A DNA stretch of 64,000 bases, taken from positions 10,168,001 through 10,232,000 of the forward strand of contig NC_042999.1 in assembly GCF_006345805.1 (NCBI RefSeq), in the 5' to 3' direction. This DNA is from Octopus sinensis. Taxonomy: Eukaryota. The notes under the pieces are model-generated. The model was not told the origin of the DNA and did no database searches. It saw nothing but the letters and a program-made list of their open reading frames with translations. Position 1 is the stretch's first letter; each line of letters starts with the position of its first letter. The position numbers were made by a program, and so were the translations under genes. Shown here piece by piece: positions 12,506 through 26,018 of this stretch.

Positions 12506-13316
12506 AGCAAAATAATTGAGATTCAGATGAATTAGGTAATTAAGTTGAGGCACCAAAAATTAGTCTGGTATTATCCGTACAGTTTCAAAATGAGGTGAAT
12601 AAAATCAAAATAAGCAACAGGATATCCAAAGGTGATGCTATACAATGCAGTTTTTTTCCTGATGTCTCAGTAGCTTCTAAGCTGAAGTGAATGCAGCTTG
12701 GACTCTGTCCGTCTTCTTACCCTCTTAGAGGATTTAGGTAAAATTATACAAATGTGTCCGACTGATTAAATTAATTCTGTTTATTTGTTTATTTATGCAA
12801 CTGAGGATAGCTCTGCATTTAAATTGATGTAATGATTGCGTTGTTCAATTAAATGGAGTCGCTTGAAACGATCGTACTGCATCACTTCTGAATATCCTAT
12901 TACTTATTTTGATTTTATATATATACATATATGTGTGTGTGTGTGTGTGTGTATGTGTGTGTGTGTGTGTGATTTTACGTGCAAAGACATTAAAATGCTC
13001 AATACAGATGTGACGGGGAAGTATGGGGTGTTATATCTATCCGGGTGTCATACGTGAAACCCTGACATGGATTTAGTGTTCCAGTTATCTAAATTCACAC
13101 ATACTTGCTTGCAGACATACACGGATGTAAACAGTCGCGCATGCTCACGCGCTCATATTCAGGCAGACACGCGCACGCGCATAAAACACATTTGCACGTT
13201 CACGGATATAAGTCCGTGAACAGAAGATTCTTTGAAGTTAATACAACCGCAACTTCTGTTTTCTCTCCCACATTCCACATATACGGAAATAAAATATCGT
13301 GTTGTGTGCGTGTTTA

Positions 13317-13460
<144 letters not shown>

Positions 13461-13739
13461 ACTTGCCTGTATCTGTGTATGTCATATAACTCTGTGAATT
13501 ATTGGGTTAGAAGTTGTACGTGTGTATATGATGATGAGAGAGTTTCTCTAGTTTGATACATATGCTTATTATATATTCGTTGCACTTTGTGTTTTGGTTG
13601 GTGTAATCTGGAGGTGCCGGGCATTTTCCTTGGTATTTCACATATACTTTTAACAAAAAATGTATTTTATTTATCGGGATATTTTTACAAGAATATGTGT
13701 CCTACGTCGCTAGTATTGTCTTTATATGTACAATGTAAG

Positions 13740-13910
13740 ATATTTAATCTTTTAGTTGTTTCAGTCATTGCTCTACAGCCATGCTGGAGCACCGCCTTTT
13801 AAGCTTAGTCGAACAAATCGACCCCACTCTGCTACTTATTCTATCGATCTCTTTTGCCGAAACACAAAGTTATGAGGCAGGACGTAATCAAACCAACACC
13901 AGTTGGCAAT
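13740..13910 (-). mobile_element. SINE family B, 3' part
   Basis: GTTTCAGTCATT...GCCATGCTGGAGCACCGCCTT is the reverse complement of the family B tail. Confidence 0.8.
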
Positions 13911-14159
13911 GATAAAAGAGGTATCTGTCTACTTACGAAACTAAACCAACCAACCTACTTTACATCCTTCTGTAGTCAGTATAGTATCAATCATCCCTCA
14001 AGAATCCATAGATACGCGAGTAAAATTACTAATAGAGAAACGAAAATAAAACTTTGGAAACTGCAACGCCACCATAGGTAACGTGGAAACGATGAAGGTG
14101 TTTTCAAGGGAGATAATCAAAGAACGTAACATTGTAATACTTCATGTAAAGTAAATATA

Positions 14160-14355
14160 ACAAATCAAATATCCTTTCAGAATCCATAAAAATTCCCGGA
14201 TCACTACCAAAATTTCATCATCTGTTCCCTGTGTCATTACCAACTTTTCCTGCAAGTTTCATTAAATACCGTTCAAAACATTTTGAGTTATTTTGCACAC
14301 AGACGGACAAACGAACGCCGATGAAAACATAACCTCCTTCCTTGGCGGAGGTAAT
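14160..14355 (+). mobile_element. Non-autonomous DNA element ending in a terminal hairpin (HINE/Helentron-like)
   Basis: CACACAGACGGACAAACGAAC...GAAAACATAACCTCC-TTCCTTGGC-GGAGGTAAT: microsatellite-like stretch plus 3' stem-loop typical of HINE-type elements. Family call is inference. Confidence 0.45.
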
Positions 14356-14464
14356 AGTAACACAACTCTGCACAAATGCCCCGTCCTTGTTTTTTCTTGT
14401 CCCTTTTTTGTATCATCTGTCTGGATGTTTTGCGTTCTTGTCCCATTTTTTGCATTCCTTTTTA

Positions 14465-14722
14465 CATGCATACATACATACATACATACATACATACACA
14501 CATGCATACATGCATACATAAATACATACATACATACATACATACATACATACATACATACATACATACATACATACATACATACATACATACATACATA
14601 CATACATACATACATACATACATACATACATGCATGCATACATACATACATATATGCATACATACATACATACATACATACATACATACATACATACAAA
14701 CATACATACAAACATACATACA
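14465..14722. repeat. (TACA)n microsatellite
   Basis: Direct reading. Confidence 0.98.
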
Positions 14723-15031
14723 TTAGTTAAATGATAGCCTCTTGATCCGAAAAAGACTGCTCAGGTGATTTTTTAAAATGCTATTCAAATGTTTCTGCTG
14801 CACGTTAGCTCCCCCCTCCCTCCGTTGAATCGACATTGACCGTAGAGCAACGGGAGATGAAGAGTTTTGTCAAGAACACAATCAATGCACGCCTGGCCGG
14901 GAAATAGAACCCACGATCTTGCGAACGTGAGTGCAACCACCTAACCAACACGCCACACATTTATATATATGTGCATACATATACATACATTCATATATAC
15001 ATACATGCACACACATATGCATGCACATACG

Positions 15032-15067
<36 letters not shown>

Positions 15068-15420
15068 TCAACAGTATCTGGGTAACAATCTCATCACGTG
15101 CATTTAAAATCTGCCCCTGCTGTTATTGGTTACCAAATGCCATCATACACCAAGGTCGTTTCTTGAACTGGATAAACACGTGAGACTCCGCCAGAGAATA
15201 GAATTTATGTCAAAATTTAAACAACAACAAGATGGAAGAAACCGGCTTTAATTACAAACTACAGCATTTGTCTCTGTGCAGTGACAACAGCTGCAACTTG
15301 CTGAGGTTTCCTTCTCATACCATTACATAAAATTATTTTATAAATAATTACATAAATACATAGGATCCAGCAACAGCTGTGAGCCGGCATTTCATCAAGT
15401 ATGTATGTAAGTATGTATGT

Positions 15421-18223
15421 CATTATTCAGTTTACTTCAAGATTTCTTGCCAATAGAGAAAGAGGCGGTTTCTAACCTACATTCAAGCCTCCTTCTTTGG
15501 AATTTCAACATCAACAAGAGGCTATGTATGTACACGTGCAGGTTTATGTTTTGTTTTGTGTATGTCTTCTCATGCATATAGCTGCATGCCTAGACATACT
15601 TATATATACTTAAATCAGAAACTTCTAGAAAGTTTTGCAGATTTTACTTGGATCTGTAATCTTCGAATCAACTTTTTCCTTTCTAGTTTTGAGATGCCTA
15701 ATTTCTCAAGATTGGTATTTAGGCCATGTGTGTTACATATCCCAGGGCCCCAATAATTACTGGTATAAACCTGAACTTGTAATCTGGATAGAGTAACTGT
15801 AGATTTCTCAATAGTTCAGCATAGGTGTTCTCTTTTGCACTGATCTTCAGCTTTATGTTAACATCCGCTGGGCTGCTAATTTCCACAACTGTGCACAGTT
15901 TCTCTTCTCAGTCCCAAATCATTATATCAGGTCTGTTGTGTTTACATTTTATTGAGGTTTTCACTGGGACATTCCACCAGTACTCCTTTTCATTATGAGT
16001 GGCCATGGCTTCCACCATCCTATGGGTTCTTATTTCTTTGTCCTCGGGATTATCCTTCCGACAGATCTCGTTATACATTGTCCTAGCTACAACATTATGT
16101 CTCATCGGTAGATTATACCGTGATGACATTTTCGGACAATTGCTTATGACGTGGGTGATATCTTCGGTGTGAACTCCACAAAGTCTGCATCGGTTGTCAC
16201 ATTTTACTGCTTCTCTTGCGTCTCTATCCCTTTTGTGCATCAAGTATCTGGTTGATATTTCCTGTTCCAGGATTGCAAACGCATACCCTTCAAAGTGGGA
16301 GGTAGCAATCCGGCTATTGGTCAATGATAGACTGCTTTGATGATCGATGTTACTATAATCCCGGAGCTTTCTACTAACACATCCATGCATAGTCTTCTGC
16401 TCATAAAGGCTCATCCTTTCATCTGGTGGTACGTTGCGGTAGAGTCGTGCGACTTCTCTGGGCATGTATTTAAGGTTATCAGACAAGGAATGTTGCTCAA
16501 TGAGCTGCCTTCCAAGTCTTATGATGTTATCATCCTCATCTATGCAAACTTGGTCAAGGGATGCACTTCGACACTTGGTGGTTAAAAGATGTTGCCGAAA
16601 GGATGTGATACGACATTCAAAGGCATTTTGGATTGATGTTAAACCTCTGCCACCTTGCTTTCGTTTTAGGTTGAGGCAGTCTACGTCACTGTTTATGTGG
16701 AAATTATGAGTGCTTGTTAGTATTTTTCGGGTTTTCACATCAATAGATCGGAGATCATTAAGCGCCCAATCAAGCAGCCCAAATGTTGGTATGAGTACTG
16801 GCACTACAAACACATTGTGTGCCACTGTTTTATTGAATGCAGAGAGTTCCGAGGTCCAAAATTTCTATCTTTGACTGTAATATTCTTTAGTGACACGTGT
16901 TTTGTTACAGGCGCCATTGTAAGATATATTTTCATCCACCCCTAGATGCCTGCAACATTCCTCATCATATATAAGGGGAAAAGTCATTGATGGAGATGTT
17001 TCAAGTCTGGTTTATAGTTTTCCCTCTTTTCACAACCATATAGCAATATTTTTCTTGACCAAACTCCAATCCTACATTCTTTGGGAATGTTGTGACTAGA
17101 TCAAGGCTCTTTTACTTCTCATGCTTATTCTTTACATAAAGTTTTAAATCATCCACAAAGAAACAGTTTGTAATTTTGGTATTTCTGTTTCTTGTGAACC
17201 AGTGAGATATCCTTCAGACTTCCTTAACATGAATGACAAGGGTTTACAGAAAGTATAAACAACATCACAGAGAGGATGTCCCCTTGGAATATGCCTCTGC
17301 AATACTGTATTCTCTCAATGACAATACAGTCACTCTTTGTGTTTAATTTCAAGATGGTAGCCCACGATGAAGTCAGGTCAGCTATGGCTTTAACTATGCA
17401 TGTTGAAGGGCTTCTAGCATCCATGAGTGAGGAACAGTCAAAGGCTTTCTTGTCGTCTAGCCACTTTGAAACTAGGTTCCTCCTATGCCCTCCCACCTCT
17501 GACATCACAGTTTTGTTTATCAACAATTTCTCGGCACGTCCCCAGACTCCCTTCTTCCCAGCTGCTTGTTCTGCTGTGATGATGTTATTACTTTCACAAT
17601 GGTCTTGGAGGAAGAGGTTTAAACATGCTGTATACATTTTGTACATGTTTTGCCATGTGGGTGGTTCTGCATTCGGGGATCAGTTTTGTCTCTGCTAGAG
17701 CTAACAAGTGTGGTATGCTACTGTTCCCATTGAGATCTTGCTGGTACAAGTTGATGAGATACGGTCGGGAGAAGGTTAGCTTCTTGTAACAATATCCAAC
17801 AACTAAGTCTCTTCCTGGTGCTTTCCCTCATGAAGTTTCTGAATCACAGTTGCAAGGGTATCGCCATCAATGCTAGGTGAAATCCAGGGACAATAATTCC
17901 CTCGAATCTCTCCCAGCCACGGAGCATCTTGGTTAAACTCCTATTCACTGCAGATTTTCATCCAGAAGGCGTCTCTCCTCAGGTCTCTGTACACTGCTGC
18001 CTGGTTCCGGTAAAATTTTTTGTTTATTGTTCTTCTCTCGGTTATTCTCTTCTGATGTCGGAGTTTCTCACTGACAGCTTTTAGCTCCTGCTTGAGGGCA
18101 ATCAGTTTGCAAGTGAGTGTCCCCTTTTTTGCTGTCTCCAAACATCATTTCTATCTCCTTCTTTACTTCCTGTTGGTGCTTCTTATAGCGATTTGCTTCT
18201 TTGTACGCAATAAGCTTCATCAC
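15421..18223 (-). mobile_element. 5'-truncated, decayed R4/Dong-clade non-LTR retrotransposon (RT, CCHC knuckle, restriction-like endonuclease)
   Basis: Minus-strand fragments in the expected order: EQAAGKKG; RGIFQGDILS..LF (RT); FFVDDLKLY (~17150); IDVKTRKIL..KRKQGGRGL; CRLC....EDITHVISNC (CCHC); RHNVVA; WWN....HNRPDI....EEKLCTVVEISSP (PD-(D/E)xK RLE); FIPVIIG. Multiple stops and frameshifts. (TACA)n at both junctions. Confidence 0.93.
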
Positions 18224-18410
18224 ATGTATGTATGTATGTATGTATGTATGTATGTATGTATGTATGTATGTATGTATGTACGTACGTATGTATGTATGTA
18301 TGAACGTATGTATGTATGTATGTACGTATGTATATACGTATGTATGTATGTATGTATGTATGTATGTATGTATGTATGTATGTATGTATGTATGTATGTA
18401 TGTATGTACG
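18224..18410. repeat. (ATGT)n microsatellite abutting the 5' junction of the R4/Dong element
   Basis: Direct reading. Confidence 0.97.
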
Positions 18411-19674
18411 TCTCTACATGCTATACATAGCAAGTAGTCGCTTAGTAATTAGAACTAAATAATTATACATAATCACGCCACTAATTGATTAGTCTGTATG
18501 ATTGGCAGCGTCCCTTTCATTGCGTTCAATAGAAACTGAAGTCTCTGAGAAGTTTCCATTTATCTATTATGAGCGACTTGTCTTATTATCCAGGCCAAAT
18601 ACTTTTTATTATCCAGGCCAAATCCTCCTTCAGGTACGCTTTCCAAATATTTATAATTTAGTGGAATATTAAAACGGAAGTTGGCCTGAATAATTGGTTT
18701 CACTTTCCATATGTAATGACAGTAAATCTTATTATATATAATTATGAATTAATAATTGAATCGTTCTACGAACGATTATGATGTAGACGAGAACATCCTG
18801 TGCCATGATGTTGTAAGCAAGCGCAACAGAATTAAAATTGAGATACAGATGGAGAAAAATCTAGCAATCCTTGCTTTTCAGATGCTTCATGATTCAGGCT
18901 ATGCAAGTGTAAATATGATAACATCTAAAAGAAGATGCATTCTCTTCATTCACTTTTGGTGGGGAATCGATGTCATTAGGCGATACCCAACGATCTGAAT
19001 CGAGCCTGAACCGTAACACACTTTCTTGTTGGTGAGGGGTCAGCAGTGGGGACCAAATCACTGCTCACCGTCTCCTTCTCCTGGCATGCAGCTTAACCCC
19101 CTTCTTCCTTGTTTCACAATCAGGAACAGGCTCTTTATGCCGCTGCCTTTCCCATCCTGCCCACAGCCACCTTTCGCTATTTTCCCCTATTTCCAATCCC
19201 TACAAGCGTTCTCCACACTATCCGGGCTGTACATTTATCTCTAAAGTACCAGACAGAGAGGAGTGGTGGCAGTTTGCAGTATTTACTGGAAAACTAAACA
19301 AAAACGAACCAGCAAATTAATGCTCAGAGCTGCAATCGTTTCTATTAACAATGGTAGATAATAGCACGAGATATATTTTAAGTGGTGACAAGAAGACAAT
19401 GACATAGAATTAGTTGAAGTAGGTTTTCAATGCTACGTCCTATCATATGACTGTATCGTGACTCGCTATTCTGAGACATTCTTGCGAGAGAAAATACAAA
19501 GACATGCTTCTGCTACTCAGCCAATGTACTTCAAAATGCCTTTTGGAGAAATAGTTTTTCATGCTAAAAGACAACACAAAGTTGAAAAATGGTACAAGGA
19601 CAGGTAAAAAGCGTTGCTTTAACAAGTATACTTGAGTGTTTCCTTCGCTGAGGAAGTCATAATGATATCGAGAC

Positions 19675-19738
<64 letters not shown>

Positions 19739-20142
19739 CTAACAGCTGAGCCCGGTTTCACCCGGTCTGTTTGGATGATGTGGCTATGATCGTTTTCGGT
19801 CAGGCATAATCTATAACACCATTTCTCAATCTTATCATTTCGGGTCCCCTGTTTCGATTGGATCCTCCAGCTGTATGAAAATTTCCTGACCCCCCACCCC
19901 GTCAGAAAACAGCTTCTAAGCAACTGGTTGTTTTAATGGCGGAAGAAAGAGGGGAATTCCATTAGAAAGAGTTTTAATCGATTTTCTCGGTAAGTATGGG
20001 GACTAGGAAAAAAAATACAAACTGCATTCCAATCTATGCACCCGTCTCCACATATGGGCCACTTTTCATGCGAATCCACCCAGCCGTTTGGCTGTGAACC
20101 TCAAGACAAGAAAGAATACAATGATTGCCGACGTCCAATTTA

Positions 20143-20150
<8 letters not shown>
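19739..20150 (-). mobile_element. Probable non-autonomous Helitron within (TA)n
   Basis: Minus-strand 3' end ...GACCGGGTGAAACCGGGCTCAGCTGTTAG|T: subterminal GC-rich hairpin with a CTAG-like (TTAG) end. The 5' end merges into TA repeat. Confidence 0.55.
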
Positions 20151-20212
<62 letters not shown>

Positions 20213-21324
20213 CACCTGTCTTCCGTGATTGCCAGAGTAATAAAAATAATAATAGTCTTTAATACGTTATTTTTGCTTCTTACCACATAATTATTTCTCG
20301 TTAATTTTACCATACCCCCTACTTTAAATACGGTAACACTAACTTAAGTACATTCTTTGTTCAGTTGACTAAAATCTCGTCACATTATTTTTAGTTTATA
20401 GAAAAGAAGAGAAAAAGCTTCTTTGAAAATTAATATTAGTTGGGCTTCTGAAACAGGCTGAAATCCTTAAAATTGTAATTATAACTTCATATAATTACGT
20501 AGAATGGCATTATTTAATCTAAGAAGCAATTATCTTAAACAAAACAGTTCTACTAGGATGAAAGAAAATGGCCAACGTGTCTATATTACTGATTTTCAAT
20601 TAGTCAGACTTAATTAGATTAATGTCTACTATATCACACGAAGGAATCTGAAGGAACATGTTTTTGTGTGATATCATATCCTTAAAATATGATATAATAT
20701 CATCTGTCGGGATATTAAATTTTCTAAACTTCCGGAAGGTACTAAACGCTTTTGGAGTAACGACTTTTGGAAGAAAAAAATACATCTCAGGTTCAATTTC
20801 AAACAGATCAGATATTATATTTATATAGTTTTATATGGAGATGAGATGGTTCCATTGGCTTATTCCAGAAAGTTGTTAAATGATATATTTGAGAGAACTA
20901 CGTCTTGGGAGAAAGACGAAAATATTGAGAATAAGTTCTTTGGTTTAACGGTAAAGAAACACCCGACATGTATACTGAAATATTTATTAGAGGATTTGTT
21001 TATTCACTGAATGTATAATGAGAGAGAGAGAGAGAGAAGGAGAGACAGACAGTGAGTGAGTGAGTGAGTGAGTGAGTGAGGGGGGGAGGGAGAGAATGAG
21101 TTAAAATACGCTTACAAATATGGCCTGACACATTTAAATATTCTTACACGTTACATACACACATGCATACATACATACATACTAGTTTCTATCATTTGTG
21201 TTTTTCTTGGGCGGTTACACACACAAATACTACATGTATAAACATATGTGTGCGTGTATAGATAGACAAATAAGTAGGTAGGTAGGGAGGGAGGGAGGGA
21301 GGGAGGGAGGGAGACAGGCATAGA

Positions 21325-21465
21325 TATATAGCCCCATAAAATTGCATATCTCTGCACAATCTAATGACCCCATGCAAATACGGAATAAAGAACATTTGTC
21401 AAGGAGCAGCATCCTTTGGGCGTGAATAGTTATATCGATGTCATAATTATCTTCAGTTAAATCAG

Positions 21466-21470
<5 letters not shown>
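21325..21470 (-). mobile_element. Penelope-like element reverse transcriptase fragment
   Basis: VTDLTEDNYDIDITIHAQRMLLL...MGSLDCAEICNFMGLYI resembles the PLE RT segment 'D..II.HARKSLL...MGS.DGAE.CELVGLY'. Bounded by (TA)n and (GGGA)n. Confidence 0.7.
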
Positions 21471-21512
<42 letters not shown>

Positions 21513-21560
21513 ATGTATGTATAATATATATATGCATGTATGTATGTATATGTATGTATA

Positions 21561-21595
<35 letters not shown>

Positions 21596-21808
21596 TGTAT
21601 GTATGTATGTGCGTGTGTGTGTATGTATATATCTATCAATATATATGTATATGTATATATGCATGTGTGTGTGTGAGTGTGTACATTTGAATATATATAT
21701 TCAAAAATGAATAAGAAGCAGCTAGAGGGATATAAACATTATTGAAAACACACAGTCAAAATGTATGTGTTTTGCTAGTTCGTGGGTAGGCTGCGCTTAT
21801 AGGCAGGA

Positions 21809-22173
21809 GAGAATGTATTCTCATCAGTGCGCCTGGTGTTAAAACACCTGGAAGTCATATACAAGCGAGATAACTCGCGTCGGATCCCATTCGGGAGTTT
21901 ATAGACATCGATGTTTTGCCCTTTTTTGTGACTTGTTGATACTGCGTACTTGAAACGACAAACCAGCAGATGGTTCTTAGACCATTTTGCATAAAGTCAT
22001 AGGCAGCAATGTAGCTCACATCAAGCCTCGTTTCAGGTACGCAGTATTGAAAGGCACAGAAATGACGAAACATCGATGTCTGTCGCTCCCGGATGGGATT
22101 TGATGTGAGTTATCTCGCTTGTCTATGACTTCCAGGTGTTCTAACACCAGGTACATTGAAAGAATATATTCTC
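21809..22173 (+). repeat. Long imperfect inverted repeat (~150-bp arms, ~70-nt spacer)
   Basis: 21809-21958 aligns with the reverse complement of 22028-22173, e.g. CCTGGTGTTA.AACACCTGGAAGTCATA.ACAAGCGAGATAACTC. Confidence 0.9.
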
Positions 22174-22453
22174 TTATGCTTGTATAAAATATTAAACACA
22201 TACTTAGGGAATGTGTTTTACTAGTTCATGGGTAGGCTGCCCTTATATGTCGAGAGTAAAGGAATTTTGTTAACATCTTCGTTCAACCCTTTTTATCTAT
22301 TTATTCATATATAACAAACAAATTTCTGCACATGAACCCGGAGTGTCTACCTTTGGATAGGTCGTTTCAACCGTGTTTCTTACGTGAATTTGCTACCCTG
22401 GTATCGATTCATTGAAATTTCCATGTTGACGGTAAACATAGGATTCACCTATC

Positions 22454-22628
<175 letters not shown>

Positions 22629-23083
22629 TAGGGAAAATAGAAGTTGAAAATGCACTGAGAAAAGTTGAAATATTTTTTATTGATATATTTAAGGCTTTAA
22701 CCGTTTTCAGTCATTTTCACTGGTTTTCAAAAAGTTCAAATCTTAAAGACGTGGCTTATGTCGCACCCGTCTTGCTTCTGACATTAACCGAAGTTATTTT
22801 AGTGTTCAATGTTCTTTGTAACCCTTCAATTTCTTCTATGAGACCGGGTGGATTTGGAGACCAAAGCTGTGAGCAGCAATCCAACCTGCTCAGCACTAAG
22901 GTTTTGCATAGGGTTAGCATAACTACCGGTTCTCGTGTTGCGAAAGTTCGTAGAAGTCATCCTCAGAGATGTCTGCATTTAGAGTAGAGGTGATGTGACT
23001 GATGAAAGATGCATCATTTCACATGATTATTCCTAAATCCCATATGTCGACAGTGCTCTGAATCATATATATATATTATATAT

Positions 23084-23128
<45 letters not shown>

Positions 23129-23142
23129 CTGTGTGTGTATGT

Positions 23143-23178
<36 letters not shown>

Positions 23179-24911
23179 GTGAGAGAGACAGAAAAGAACA
23201 GAGATGAAGAGTGACATCATCCAGAGACTGTAAGAGCAAATGGAGATCAGAAGATTAGCAAGATGAAGGAGATTAGTGATGAGCTCAAAAGATTTGAACA
23301 TTGAGTTGTAGGATAACATGAGAGTGCAAGGGTGAATCATAGAAAGAAGGGGTGAGAGAGAGAGAGAAACTGTAAGAGAGACTGACAAAGAGAGAGAAAG
23401 TGAGAGAGGGGAGGGGCAGAGAGAGTGACAGAGAAATGGAAGTTTCGCGGAACATTAACTAGAATAAAGAATATCATGTAGATGAGAAGAATTAGTTTAT
23501 AAGAGAATGAAGCAGAGGAGGAGGGGTTCATGAGAAAAGTAGGCTTTGCCGGGTTTGGGTTCGGTTTTGCTATTTTTGTTGTCTTACCGCTGCTTACGTT
23601 TTTGTTGTTGTTGTTGTTGTCGTCGTTGCTTATAAGCAAATCGGTGGGAAGTCATGGACGGTATCTCGATACCAGCAGCTGCTGGATCGAGCCTGGCATG
23701 ATTTGATTAGAGAAATGGTCCTCAGCCATTTCTTGCTTATTACTCTTCCATTCTGGTGGAACCCCGAAACAATTCGATGCTTAAAAACTAGTTTCATAAA
23801 TGCTGCTTTCAAAAATTCTTATTTTGTGTTTCACTTTTTATAACTTGGCTTCTTTATATATCACCTTAATGATGTGCGCTAAGGTGACATATGCAATACC
23901 ACGGAACGGGGTTGACCCCAACTCTCTCCACTTGATATATTCCCCAAATACTCTGCCAACAACTGTAACCAATCCAAAACAACTCTCAACGAACTTCTCA
24001 ACAATTTCCTCCGGCCCCACGAACTCACGAACGACACATTTCCACTTCCAGCCATTTCTCACCTCTCGTTCTCAGTCAGACAAGCTGCTACTTATACAAG
24101 TTCGACTAGTCCATTCTCACAGGGGGGGGTGTCATGATTCTTGCCATAACATCACTCAAACACTTCTCAAAGCCCTAATATGTAAAACGTTAGCAAAAGA
24201 AACCTGTTTCTTGCAATAAATACAGCTAAATTAAAACTCTTTAACGTGGACCCTTAAAATACTACTGTGGATCCACAACTGACTATTTTGCTTGCGTGGA
24301 CCCCCAAAAATCGTATGTGGATCTCCAGTGGTCATATGAGCCCCAATTGATAATGCAATGTTAGGCCTGCCAAATGTGAGCTCTGCCAAAGATTTTCACA
24401 TTTTATTGCATAATACACCTTTGTGCTGGCTGACAAAAGGAACAAAGGCCACAGAACGAGGTCTTTTGACGTACATACGTGTGTGTGTGTGTGGTGCAAA
24501 TATGCACGTGTATATATATCTTTTTCGCTGAACATGCCAACGTCGCCTTCGGCGGGAGAATCCGTCTTATGCACGTGTATACACAGACGTTTATATACGC
24601 AGACGCGCAAGTTCCTCATCGCCACATGCAGTCACATCTTACAGAATCTGCTCAAATTGCATGCAAGTCATCTATCAATAAGACATTGATTTTTTATTTG
24701 CTTATTATTTCTAAAATTTCGTATTGATTAATTCGTTCGTCTTCCATGTTCCCACGTGAAGAAAGTTATCAGAGTTTAGTCGCGCTCATGTGGCTCGTGG
24801 GGAAATATTTGTGAAAATTAAAGAAACTGATGTCATCTTCTCCATTTACTGTTTAATGTCGGCTTCCCCTACTGACACGACGCCATAAAACTTCTTGAAG
24901 GCAATGATACA

Positions 24912-24972
<61 letters not shown>

Positions 24973-25736
24973 CCGATAGAAATCGATCCGGGATGGGGGA
25001 AAACCAATATCGATTCTGGCGTGATTTAAATATAGAACTTATATTAACGGAATCGAGTTGTCTCCGTTCTTTAACCTGATATTCTGTGATTTCCACGGCA
25101 GCGACGCCATTTTTCTGATGTTCAATTTTGAGAAGAAATCTACGAAATTGTATCTAACGTCTTTAGATGAAAGATCGATAATGATCAATAAAACATATGT
25201 CACTCGAGCTGATAATGATGGCGGCGGCGGTGGTGGCGGTGACGATAATGCAGTCGACTACGTTTAAAGATGGCGGTGAAAATGAATGTGATATTCGGTA
25301 ATTAATCGATGGAAGCAATTTCCCTGGACATAACTGTGTTCGAATCCTAGCACTCATAAAGCCGGGGACCGGAGCTCCATGGCGTATAAATGAGCGAGAT
25401 CCAACACTACCCCCATCCCCCACCTCCACACACAGTCGGAACAAAGGGAAATGGAGTGTTCTGCTCAAAAAGACAACGCACTACCTGGACCGGGAATCGA
25501 AACCACAATCTTACTGCTCATGAGTGTCACACGCTGAAGTAAAGTGATTTAAGCAAAGATCGAACCTGTATTTATAGACTTGGTTTGTGTGGAGGTCATC
25601 TAACGCGTATTACAATGGTTGCACATCGAACTAAGAATTGAAGAATAAAACTGTTTGATGAGCGTCAGACGCTGACCCCTGAGCCATGCGCCGACACGAA
25701 TCGATTGAAGGCCAGATTATTAAAAAAGATACGAAC

Positions 25737-26018
25737 CTTTAACGCTGAGGTAAATCGTGCTTGAACTCGAACCTTCATTGTTTTCGATCCGACATCGATA
25801 CGTAGCTTCATCTTTCTTGGTCACATCAGCAATGACAAGGGCGAAGGTTCCTTGCTCTAACGCTTCCACAGATATCCGATCATCAAGTTCCAAGATCTCT
25901 TCATCTTTGTACCATTTCACTGTCGGCTTCGGGAAGCCCTTCACTCTGCATTCGAATCGAACTATGCTGTTCTCCAACACAGAGTCGTCACCGGTGAGGC
26001 GCTGTACAAACTCCGGCG
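25737..26018 (-). CDS. Internal coding exon encoding one complete I-set immunoglobulin domain (titin/twitchin/obscurin/MLCK-type protein)
   Basis: Polypyrimidine tract plus CAG acceptor (26021-26019); 282 nt open: PEFVQRLTGDDSVLENSIVRFECRVKGFPKPTVKWYKDEEILELDDRISVEALEQGTFALVIADVTKKDEATYRCRIENNEGSSSSTIYLSVK; donor AAG|GTTCGT. Phase 1-1. I-set motifs P.F, C.V.G.P.P.V.W.KD, L.I..V...D...Y.C...N..G. Confidence 0.95.

Noticed and set aside
12560-12745. Possible decayed hammerhead/pLTR on the minus strand
   Set aside because: Both core halves need several substitutions; no supportable fold.
15908-16825. 305-aa ORF as a host gene
   Set aside because: It is the longest surviving piece of the decayed R4/Dong retrotransposon ORF.
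23800-24219. 139-aa ORF with a hydrophobic N-terminus
   Set aside because: No domain similarity or splice context recognised; lies among repeat remnants.
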